Below, one piece after another: positions 1 through 7,898 of a stretch of DNA of 50,586 nucleotides. Position numbers and translations under genes: made by a program. Below the pieces are notes generated by a model that saw only the letters and a list, made by a program, of their open reading frames with translations, ran no database searches and was not told the DNA's origin. The first letter of the stretch is position 1, and each line of letters opens with the position of its first letter. Origin of the DNA: Gammaproteobacteria bacterium (GTDB lineage: Bacteria > Pseudomonadota > Gammaproteobacteria > GCA-002705445 > GCA-002716945); NCBI GenBank assembly GCA_002698665.1, contig NZZP01000007.1:1-50586 (forward strand), in the 5' to 3' direction.

Positions 1-217
1 TATATTATTAGTAAGGGTGAAAAGGTGAGGTAAGAGCTCACCACATGCAAGGTAACAAGTATGGTGAAGCAAACCCCACTAGGAGCAAGGCAAATTTATA
101 GCATTTTGTCAGCCTAAGACACGCTATATGGTAAGCTGCTAGAGATTTTTGGTGACAAAAATTCGAGATTAATGATCATACATGACAGAACCCGGCTTAT
201 AGGCTGGCTCTCCGCCC
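1..217 (+). ncRNA. rnpB: RNase P RNA (type A), 3' portion; 5' end lies outside the window
   Basis: Carries conserved RNase P RNA blocks: GGGTGAAAAGGTGAGGTAAGAGCTCACC near the start, GGTAAGCTGCTAGAG, and the highly conserved 3' block ACAGAACCCGGCTTAT (186-200) followed by the closing P1 strand. The region is non-coding and GC-richer than its surroundings. The exact 3' end is approximate. Confidence 0.85.
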
Positions 218-325
218 AAAAAATAAAACAAATCTTTAAATATTCTGTAAGTTATTGTTATTTATAAGTATATGAAAAATATAGAGTATTTTGCCATAAA
301 ACCATTAATTTATAAGCGTAAAGCC

Positions 326-354
326 TTGCATACATCATAAAAAAGTCATATAGT
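326..354 (+). promoter_or_regulatory. Candidate sigma70 promoter of the dcw operon (Pmra-like): TTGCAT, 17 nt spacer, TATAGT
   Basis: The -35 TTGCAT lies at 326-331, followed by an exact 17-nt spacer and the -10 TATAGT at 349-354, about 50 nt upstream of the mraZ ATG. Such hexamers can arise by chance in AT-rich DNA. Confidence 0.45.
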
Positions 355-398
355 GTTGATATATGGCAATTTATGTAAAATTGTGGGAATTAATGGTA
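353..398 (+). promoter_or_regulatory. Five direct RTGKNN repeats in exact 10-bp register; putative MraZ operator
   Basis: The repeats are GTGTTG (353), ATGGCA (363), ATGTAA (373), GTGGGA (383) and ATGGTA (393). They start inside the -10 element and end 4 nt before the mraZ ATG. This resembles the phased TGGGN-type direct repeats bound by E. coli MraZ. Confidence 0.5.
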
Positions 399-401
399 AA
401 T

Positions 402-854
402 ATGTTTAAAGGCATACACAATATAAACTTGGATTCTAAGGGAAGGCTGACTATCCCTACTAAGTACCGTAATACAATTGACGATCAATCAGATGGTAAA
501 TTGGTAGTAACCATTGATTCTGAAGAAAAATGTTTGCTTTTATACCCATCATCTGTATGGCTTGAAATAGAGAAAAAAATCAATAGTTTACCAAGCTTTA
601 ATAAGAACTCGAGAAGGATTCAAAGGCTTTTAATAGGTCATGCCGAAGAAATAGACCTGGATACAACTGGCAGGATACTCCTATCAAAGCCATTAAGATT
701 AGTAGCTGAAATGTCCAAGAAAGTCACACTCATAGGCCAAGGTGAAAAATTTGAAATATGGAGTGAGGAGATATGGAATAACAGAGTGAACACATGGAGA
801 TCAGAAGAAACTGATGAATCAGATGATTCAGCTTTATCTGATATAAGAATATAA
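402..854 (+). CDS. mraZ: Transcriptional regulator MraZ
   Basis: MFKGIHNINLDSKGRLTIPTKYR matches the canonical MraZ N-terminus (MFRG...LDxKGRxxxP), and a second SpoVT/AbrB-like repeat (LDTTGRILLSKPLR) is present. I chose the start at M14 of the ORF (402), because the 363 start would add a non-conserved extension over the repeat array. Confidence 0.9.
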   Translation: MFKGIHNINLDSKGRLTIPTKYRNTIDDQSDGKLVVTIDSEEKCLLLYPSSVWLEIEKKINSLPSFNKNSRRIQRLLIGHAEEIDLDTTGRILLSKPLRLVAEMSKKVTLIGQGEKFEIWSEEIWNNRVNTWRSEETDESDDSALSDIRI

Positions 855-1052
855 ATGAGATTAGAGAGATACTACAGAACACTTGGGATAACTGGAAATG
901 AGGATACAAGGCTTATCAAGAGGGCATTCATGCGTGTAGCTCAAAAATACCATCCTGATAAAAACCATAATGATGAAGCATCTACACAGAAATTCATAGA
1001 TGCTAGAGATGCCTATGAAAATATAATGAAAGTGAAGAGAAATATATCATGA
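855..1052 (+). CDS. Stand-alone J-domain protein (DnaJ-like co-chaperone domain only, 65 aa)
   Basis: YYRTLGI...LIKRAFMRVAQKYHPDKN...FIDARDAYENI gives J-domain helices I-III with an HPD loop. No other domain is present. The ATG directly follows the mraZ TAA, and the 3' end overlaps the rsmH start (ATGA). Confidence 0.75.
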   Translation: MRLERYYRTLGITGNEDTRLIKRAFMRVAQKYHPDKNHNDEASTQKFIDARDAYENIMKVKRNIS

Positions 1053-1993
1053 CTACATTTGCCCATACACCAGTGATGCTAAAAGAATCTATACAGGCCA
1101 TGAATATCAATCCTGATGGAGCATATATAGATGCAACTTATGGATATGGTGGTCATTCTAAGGAAATTTTAAATATATTGGGTACTAGTGGCCATCTTTA
1201 TGCAATAGACAAAGATATTTATGCCATTAAAATGGCTAACTCTCAAAGAAATAATGATAAAAGATTTACCCTAAAACATGGATGTTTCTCAGAATTAGAT
1301 AAGTTGTCCCATGATTGGGGCATTCATGGCTCGGTAAATGGAATTTTATTTGACCTAGGTGTTTCCTCCCATCACCTAAATGAACCGAGCCGCGGCTTTA
1401 GCTTTATGAATGATGGTCCTATTGATATGAGGTTTGATCAAAGCAATGGCTTGTCAGCATGTGAATTGATAGAGTCTGTAGATGAAAAAACACTATCTGA
1501 CATAATCTGGAAGTATGGCGATGAGAGGTATTCTAGAAGAATTGCAAAAGAGATAATTTTACAACGAGAGAGACATAAGATAAAAAATACACATGAGCTT
1601 GTAAGCATAATTGATAAAGCTATTCCAAAGAATGATAAAAATAAGCACAACGCAACAAGGACATTTCAGGCATTAAGAATCTATATAAATAAAGAGTTAG
1701 ATGTTCTAAGAGATGCATTAAATAGCAGTTATAATATTCTAGCTCCTAAGGGTCGATTAGTGTTGATAACATATCATTCTCTTGAGGATAGAGTAATAAA
1801 AGACTTTCTCTCACTTACAGATAAAAATAGATCAACACCAAGAGATTTACCAATAAAAAGTGAGTTTTTAACAAAGATGTTTCAATTGGTAAAAAAATCT
1901 ATCAAGCCAACAGAAAAAGAAATAAATGACAATCCTAGATCTAGATCTGCCAAACTTAATATTTTGGAGAAGACTAATGAGAATTATGATTAA
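1049..1993 (+). CDS. rsmH: 16S rRNA (cytosine1402-N4)-methyltransferase RsmH (MraW)
   Basis: HTPVMLKE, DATYGYGGHS, FDLGVSSHHL, SFMNDGPIDMRFD and ITYHSLEDR are typical RsmH motifs, and the gene sits in the dcw position. Confidence 0.95.
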   Translation: MTTFAHTPVMLKESIQAMNINPDGAYIDATYGYGGHSKEILNILGTSGHLYAIDKDIYAIKMANSQRNNDKRFTLKHGCFSELDKLSHDWGIHGSVNGILFDLGVSSHHLNEPSRGFSFMNDGPIDMRFDQSNGLSACELIESVDEKTLSDIIWKYGDERYSRRIAKEIILQRERHKIKNTHELVSIIDKAIPKNDKNKHNATRTFQALRIYINKELDVLRDALNSSYNILAPKGRLVLITYHSLEDRVIKDFLSLTDKNRSTPRDLPIKSEFLTKMFQLVKKSIKPTEKEINDNPRSRSAKLNILEKTNENYD

Positions 1994-2246
1994 CTTATTT
2001 TTATTATCAATTATAACTATTTCTGCTTTTGGAGTTATATTCATTAAGCATCAAAATAGAAATATGAACATAAGCATCGAAAAAATTGATAAGAAATTAG
2101 CTTATGAACTTAATGAACATAAAAAACTATTAGATGATAAAAATAAATTAATACACAACAGATTAATAAATATAGATTTTGAAAAACAATTAGGCATGGA
2201 GATGCCACATAAGAAAAAAATAATTTATTTGAATTTGGTTGAATAA
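1977..2246 (+). CDS. ftsL: Cell division protein FtsL
   Basis: A short bitopic protein with an N-terminal TM helix (LFLLSIITISAFGVIFI), a coiled-coil region, and a ...QLGMEMP motif. It lies after rsmH. The start could be 1977 or 1986, and it overlaps the rsmH 3' end. Confidence 0.75.
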   Translation: MRIMINLFLLSIITISAFGVIFIKHQNRNMNISIEKIDKKLAYELNEHKKLLDDKNKLIHNRLINIDFEKQLGMEMPHKKKIIYLNLVE

Positions 2247-2249
2247 ACC

Positions 2250-2258
2250 GGAGGTGAT
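2250..2258 (+). promoter_or_regulatory. Near-perfect Shine-Dalgarno (GGAGGTGAT) for ftsZ
   Basis: Nine contiguous nucleotides match the anti-SD complement. The GGAGG core ends 6 nt before the ftsZ ATG at 2261. This is the strongest SD I saw in the window. Confidence 0.6.
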
Positions 2259-2260
2259 GT

Positions 2261-3415
2261 ATGAGTACATTTGAGTTAGTAAATGAGTATAGTCAAAATG
2301 CTGTTATTAAAGTTATAGGTGTTGGCGGCGGCGGCGGTAATGCAGTTATGTCAATGTTAGAATCAAAAATTCATGGCGCTGAATTTATCCTCGCCAATAC
2401 TGATTCTCAAGCATTACGTGATGTTAAGGGAGCTACTATGGTTCAAATAGGCTCTGAGATTACAAAAGGCTTAGGAGCTGGTGCTGATCCTGAAAAAGGA
2501 AGACAGGCTGCACTAGAAGCAAAAGAAGAATTGACTTCTGCAATAGAAGGGGCAGACATGCTCTTTATTGCTGCTGGGATGGGTGGTGGAACTGGTACAG
2601 GAGCAGCATCCGTTATAGCGCAAATAGCTCGAGATGCAGGTATATTAACTGTAGCAGTTGTCACGAAACCTTATGAGTTTGAAGGATCAAAGAGAATGGC
2701 ATTTGCTGAAGAAGGAATAGAGGCCCTCAGTGAGTGGGTAGATTCTTTGATAGTTATTCCAAATGAGAAATTATCAGAGGTGTTTGGTGATGATAATTCT
2801 ATATTTAATGCATTCGAAAAAGCAAATGATGTTCTCAGAGGTGCTGTTAAAGGTATTGCAGAAATAATTACTATTCGTGGCTTTATAAATGTAGATTTTG
2901 CAGATGTAAAAACTGTTATGTCTGGAAGAGGTAAAGCTATGATGGGATCAGGTTTTGCGCAAGGAGAAGAAAGGGCTGAAGAAGCTGTGCAGGCAGCATT
3001 GAGTAGTCCGTTATTAGATAATATTGATTTACATGGAGCCAGTGGCGTACTAGTTAATATAACTGCTGGATCTGATTTAACTTCAAAGGAGTTTGGAATA
3101 ATTGGAGACCGTGTAAAGGAGATTGCTAATGATAATGCAACGGTAATTATTGGTTGCATAAAAGAAGAAGATAATTTAGGTGAACTGCGAGTAACATTGA
3201 TTGCTACAGGCTTTGATGAAGCTGATCTGCAATCAAAACCAGAGAGTCTAAAGGAGGATGTCACAGGTAATATTAATAATACTGGTATTATGCCTTCACA
3301 AACTGCACAAACTACTCCTATTGGAGTAAATACTGTGACGAATGAGTCACTAGCAGAGAAAGAGCATGTGGACAATATCGATATCCCAGCTTTTTTAAGG
3401 CAACAAGCTGACTAG
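2261..3415 (+). CDS. ftsZ: Cell division GTPase FtsZ
   Basis: VIGVGGGGGNAV, the tubulin signature GMGGGTGTGAA, NVDFADV and the C-terminal conserved peptide DIPAFLRQQAD are all present. The protein is collinear with gammaproteobacterial FtsZ along its full length. Confidence 0.97.
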   Translation: MSTFELVNEYSQNAVIKVIGVGGGGGNAVMSMLESKIHGAEFILANTDSQALRDVKGATMVQIGSEITKGLGAGADPEKGRQAALEAKEELTSAIEGADMLFIAAGMGGGTGTGAASVIAQIARDAGILTVAVVTKPYEFEGSKRMAFAEEGIEALSEWVDSLIVIPNEKLSEVFGDDNSIFNAFEKANDVLRGAVKGIAEIITIRGFINVDFADVKTVMSGRGKAMMGSGFAQGEERAEEAVQAALSSPLLDNIDLHGASGVLVNITAGSDLTSKEFGIIGDRVKEIANDNATVIIGCIKEEDNLGELRVTLIATGFDEADLQSKPESLKEDVTGNINNTGIMPSQTAQTTPIGVNTVTNESLAEKEHVDNIDIPAFLRQQAD

Positions 3416-5129
3416 TACAAAGAAAAACTCAAATTACCCCAAATGGAGACAATATTTAGTTTATAGTATTGTCTTCATTGTATTACTTTTAATTATAGTA
3501 AGAATTATATTGCTTCAAGGTTTTAATACTGATTGTTTTTTATTAAATAAATCAGATTGTAAGATCAATCTAAGTGATATGGCCGATAAAAGACAGATAG
3601 ACCATAGGTTCATCAAGACTAATCGTGGCATGATTTTCGATACTAATGGTGAGATACTAGCCATGAGTCTGCCAAAGAAAACTTTATGCATAAATATTTT
3701 CAAGATCACACAATTAAAATATAGTGCAAATGAATACAGAGAATTATTAAAAATAATCAATTTGTCTACTAATAAATTCAGTAATATATTGGATAGATAT
3801 TCTGACAGAAAAGAGTACTATCTTAAAAGAAAGCTAGATGAAAAATTAGTTCAAAAAATACAAAAATTAAACTTACCATATGTATACTTTATAGATGAAT
3901 ATCATCGCGTTTACTTAGGTAGCTCATATTTTTCTAATATTATTGGTTTTACTGATATAGATGATAATGGTCAATCTGGGATTGAGTATATAAAAAACTC
4001 CGAATTACAATCAACTGTTGGTCTGAGAAAAATAAGAAAAGATAATCTAGGAAGATCAGTAGAAATAATTAAACTTATAAAAGACCCCATTCCTGGAAAG
4101 AATATTACTTTATCTATTGATAAGAGAATACAATTTATTGGATATAAGATTTTAAAAGAACATATTAAAAAGAGTAATGCCGATAGTGGCTCTCTAGTAC
4201 TCATAAGAAATCAAACTGGAGAGATTGTCTCTATGGTAAATTATCCATCATTTAATCCCTCTAACAGAAAAGAAATGAAAGGAAGGAGGATAGAGAATCA
4301 AGCTATAACGTCCACTTTTGAGCCAGGGTCTACCATGAAGCCATTTACAATATATTCAGGTATTTATACAAATAAATATTTACCTCATGAGTATATCAAC
4401 ACATCTAAAGGATTTTATATGAAAGATAAAGCTAAGCAAATGAATGATTATAAAGATCTTGGTCAATTAAATGCGGAAGGAATTTTAATGAAATCAAGTA
4501 ATGTTGGAGCTGCTACTATATCGACGAGAACTGATCGTAGAGTTATTTACAATGTATTGAGTAGTTTAGATTTTGGTAAAAGTTTATACATGAGCTGGCC
4601 TGGAGAACAGAGTGGTAAACTAGAGCATTATGATAAATGGACTTATGATCAACAAGCAACAATTGGATATGGTTATGGGTTATCTACGACATTATTACAT
4701 CTTGCTAATGCATATGTTATATTAGCGAACTACGGCAAAAAGGTACAATTATCATATGAAAAAAAAATGCAAGAAGATATCTACTACGAAGATGTTTTAG
4801 ATAAAAATATTTCAAAGAATATTATTCAAATGATGAAATCAGTAGTAGGGAATCAGGGAACTGCAATCAATGCAAAGTTAGATAAATATTCTGTTGCAGG
4901 TAAAACTGGAACTGTAAGAGTTAATATGAGAGGTAAATATAATATATATAAGCATAATGCATTATTTGTTGGCATTGTGCCAGCTTCTAAACCAGAATAT
5001 GTTGCCGCAATAATTGTTAGAAATCCTAAATCTGAAAATGCATCTGGTGGTAGGCATGCCGCACCAATATTTCGTGACTTCATGAGTCACTCAATGAATT
5101 TATTAAAAGTTTACCCAGATATAAGATGA
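3408..5129 (+). CDS. ftsI: Peptidoglycan D,D-transpeptidase FtsI (PBP3); start codon unresolved (CTG 3408 proposed; first canonical start is TTG 3510)
   Basis: The transpeptidase motifs STMKP, SSN and KTGT are present. The same frame is open from 3399 and encodes KKNSNYPKWRQYLVYSIVFIVLLLIIVRIILLQ, the FtsI cytoplasmic tail plus TM anchor, upstream of the first ATG/GTG/TTG. Confidence 0.88.
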   Translation: MTSTKKNSNYPKWRQYLVYSIVFIVLLLIIVRIILLQGFNTDCFLLNKSDCKINLSDMADKRQIDHRFIKTNRGMIFDTNGEILAMSLPKKTLCINIFKITQLKYSANEYRELLKIINLSTNKFSNILDRYSDRKEYYLKRKLDEKLVQKIQKLNLPYVYFIDEYHRVYLGSSYFSNIIGFTDIDDNGQSGIEYIKNSELQSTVGLRKIRKDNLGRSVEIIKLIKDPIPGKNITLSIDKRIQFIGYKILKEHIKKSNADSGSLVLIRNQTGEIVSMVNYPSFNPSNRKEMKGRRIENQAITSTFEPGSTMKPFTIYSGIYTNKYLPHEYINTSKGFYMKDKAKQMNDYKDLGQLNAEGILMKSSNVGAATISTRTDRRVIYNVLSSLDFGKSLYMSWPGEQSGKLEHYDKWTYDQQATIGYGYGLSTTLLHLANAYVILANYGKKVQLSYEKKMQEDIYYEDVLDKNISKNIIQMMKSVVGNQGTAINAKLDKYSVAGKTGTVRVNMRGKYNIYKHNALFVGIVPASKPEYVAAIIVRNPKSENASGGRHAAPIFRDFMSHSMNLLKVYPDIR

Positions 5130-6541
5130 ATAGTAATCAGCATATAAGCAATATAATCAAATATATTTATTCGTTGAAACCAAACATAAGACATATTAAG
5201 AATCATATTGTTTTTAGTTCGAAAGATGATTGTAGAAATAAAGTACTTATTTTAGGTAATGTATCAAATAAAAAAAAATATACTTATGTCAATGAGGCAA
5301 TTAAGAAAGGTATATTAGGAGTAGTATCTGCTAATCCATTAAATGAGAAAAAACTTTTTAAAAAGAATATGATTTTTGAGTCAAAGTATATAAAGAATAA
5401 TATGAATTACTTATTAGATTTCATATATGACTATCCTTTGCAAGGCAAAAAAATTATTGGCATAACAGGTACAAATGGGAAAACTACACTATGTCATCTT
5501 CTTGCAACATGTTTAAAAAAAATTAATTACAAAGTAGGGTTAATATCTTCTGAGGGAGTTGGGATATACCCTCGTTATTCATCTACAGGATATACAACTC
5601 CTACAATAGATATTCTTTATAAATATTTTGATAAATTTAATATTGCTGGTGTCAATCAAATTATCATAGAATGCTCATCACAAGGTTTGGCCCAGGGTAG
5701 ACTTAATGGAATAGTATTTAATCAATCTATCCTAACAAATATAAATAAAGAACATATTGAATATCATGGATCATTTCATAAGTATATTATGGCTAAATCT
5801 ATCTTAATAAAAAATACAAGTGGAAACGTTTTTATTAATAGTGATTGTAACAATAGTAGTATGTTGTCTAAAATCGTAAAGAAGAAAAGCTATATACCAT
5901 ATAAGATAAATAATATTGATAAAAATTTAAATAAAAAATTGAATCTACATAATAATCATGATTTAGTATTCGTAACAAACATATCTATTCTTTCGAAATT
6001 CTTAGATTATAATGGCCACTCATTTAAAAAAATTATTTCTATCTTATCAAAAATAAAACCATGTATCCCAGGTCGTAAAACTCTTATATTTGATAAGAAG
6101 AGAGGAATTAAATATTTAGTAGATTATGCACATACTCCAGATGCACTGAAAAATCTGTTAATATATGTCAACAACAAATATACTACAGCTAGAATTATTA
6201 CTCTTTTTGGTTGCGGAGGAAATAGAGACAAACATAAAAGAAAGAAAATGGGTGATATAGCTGAACAATATTCAGATATTTTGGTCATTACTGATGATAA
6301 TCCAAGAAACGAAGATCCGAACGATATTATTAACGGCATTTGTAAAGGTATAAAAGATAAGTCTAAAATATATCTAGTACCTAATCGTAAAAAGGCAATA
6401 GATAGAGCTATATCCTTATCTCAAAAAAAAGACATTATAATACTTGCTGGGAAAGGCAATGAGTTTGAAATCCAATATAAAAATAGAGTATTAAAACATA
6501 ATGATATAAATTATTTAAAAAATAAAGTAAATGAATATTAA
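5126..6541 (+). CDS. murE: UDP-N-acetylmuramoyl-L-alanyl-D-glutamate--2,6-diaminopimelate ligase MurE
   Basis: Carries the Mur ligase P-loop GITGTNGKTT plus DYAHTPDAL and DDNPRNEDP. It is in the dcw position, and its start forms an ATGA overlap with ftsI. Confidence 0.92.
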   Translation: MNSNQHISNIIKYIYSLKPNIRHIKNHIVFSSKDDCRNKVLILGNVSNKKKYTYVNEAIKKGILGVVSANPLNEKKLFKKNMIFESKYIKNNMNYLLDFIYDYPLQGKKIIGITGTNGKTTLCHLLATCLKKINYKVGLISSEGVGIYPRYSSTGYTTPTIDILYKYFDKFNIAGVNQIIIECSSQGLAQGRLNGIVFNQSILTNINKEHIEYHGSFHKYIMAKSILIKNTSGNVFINSDCNNSSMLSKIVKKKSYIPYKINNIDKNLNKKLNLHNNHDLVFVTNISILSKFLDYNGHSFKKIISILSKIKPCIPGRKTLIFDKKRGIKYLVDYAHTPDALKNLLIYVNNKYTTARIITLFGCGGNRDKHKRKKMGDIAEQYSDILVITDDNPRNEDPNDIINGICKGIKDKSKIYLVPNRKKAIDRAISLSQKKDIIILAGKGNEFEIQYKNRVLKHNDINYLKNKVNEY

Positions 6542-7883
6542 TTTAAATGACATATTAAAATCTATAAAACCTATACTTATTGAATATAATTATGATAAGG
6601 CAAAAAAATATCCAATAAAAAAAATATCAATTGATTCTAGAGATATAGATATCAATACTCTTTTTATAGCCATTAAAGGACAATCTCATGATGGGCATGA
6701 CTATATTCATGAAGCACTAGAAAAAGGTTCGGTTGCTATTATCTCATCGAAAAACTTCAATCAGGAATGTCCTAATATAATAGTTAAGGATACTGTTGCT
6801 GCACTTGGACTAATTGCATCATATTTACTTGATAAAATAAGCCCCAGTTCTATAATTGGTATAACTGGCACTAATGGTAAAACATCCGTCACAAATATTG
6901 TTTATAATATTTTGTCTACTTTAAATCCATCACTCAAAACATTTAAAAATTACAATAATCTAATTGGGTTGCCATTATCTATATTCAATACAAATTTTAA
7001 TGAAAAACATTTTATCTTGGAAATGGGAGCCAGTAAATCTGGTGATATAAATGATTTAATACAGATTGCTAAACCCAACATAGTTGCTTTATTAAATGCC
7101 TCAGAAGCGCACTTAGATACGTTTAAAGATATAGATAATATAGTTAATACTAAAGGGGAAATTTTGTCATATCAGGGATTCCCAAAAACAGTCATACTTA
7201 ATAGAGATGATAAGTTTTATGAAATATGGTTAGATAAATCCAAGCATAACAAAATTGTCACTATTTCGATGACCACTAAAGCCGACTACTATCTTATATC
7301 TAGTGATAAAGATTATATAAATATTAGAACCAAAGATAATCAGATTATTAAACTTATAAATGATAACTATGAACCATATATAATTCTTAATCTACTATTC
7401 TCCATTGCAATTACAATGGAGGCGGGAGCAAATCTAGAAAATATTATTGAAGGAATCAACTCCACTAAAAATATATCTGGAAGATTTAATATGTTACGCG
7501 GAGAGAACGAATGTTTAATAATTGATAGCACATATAATGCAAACCCAGAATCATTTAAAGCAAATATAGATTCATTGGTACAAATGGATGGAACACCATG
7601 GTTAATCATGGGAGATATGGGAGAACTAGGTGATATGGCACTAAATTTTCATGCTGAAATAGCCTCATATGCCAAATATAAGGGTGTTGAAAAAATTTTC
7701 ATCATCAGTAAATACTCAGATGTTATTTCTAATGCATTTGGAGAAAATTCCCATATATTTAATGATAAGAAATCATTAATTAATTTTATTAAGCCTATAA
7801 TACAAAAAGAAAATAATATTCTCATTAAGGCATCTCGTTTTATGAATTTTGAAATTATTGTTGATGCATTAACTACTATTTAA
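6531..7883 (+). CDS. murF: UDP-N-acetylmuramoyl-tripeptide--D-alanyl-D-alanine ligase MurF
   Basis: GITGTNGKTS, EMGASKSGDI and DSTYNANPES are present, in the dcw position after murE. Confidence 0.9.
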   Translation: MNINLNDILKSIKPILIEYNYDKAKKYPIKKISIDSRDIDINTLFIAIKGQSHDGHDYIHEALEKGSVAIISSKNFNQECPNIIVKDTVAALGLIASYLLDKISPSSIIGITGTNGKTSVTNIVYNILSTLNPSLKTFKNYNNLIGLPLSIFNTNFNEKHFILEMGASKSGDINDLIQIAKPNIVALLNASEAHLDTFKDIDNIVNTKGEILSYQGFPKTVILNRDDKFYEIWLDKSKHNKIVTISMTTKADYYLISSDKDYINIRTKDNQIIKLINDNYEPYIILNLLFSIAITMEAGANLENIIEGINSTKNISGRFNMLRGENECLIIDSTYNANPESFKANIDSLVQMDGTPWLIMGDMGELGDMALNFHAEIASYAKYKGVEKIFIISKYSDVISNAFGENSHIFNDKKSLINFIKPIIQKENNILIKASRFMNFEIIVDALTTI

Positions 7884-7898
7884 TATTAGAATCTAACT

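Noticed and set aside
363-401. The upstream ATG (363) that the ORF track offers as the mraZ start.
   Set aside because: MraZ homology begins at MFKG (402). The extra 13 codons coincide with the phased repeat array and probably lie in the operator/leader.
2671-3375. A 234-aa ORF antisense to ftsZ, plus a 73-aa antisense ORF at 2443-2664.
   Set aside because: It lies entirely inside a highly conserved gene. Its translation is low-complexity (Ser/Ala/Ile/Pro-rich) and carries no motifs. Gly/Ala/Val-rich sense codons are known to leave the complementary frame free of stops.
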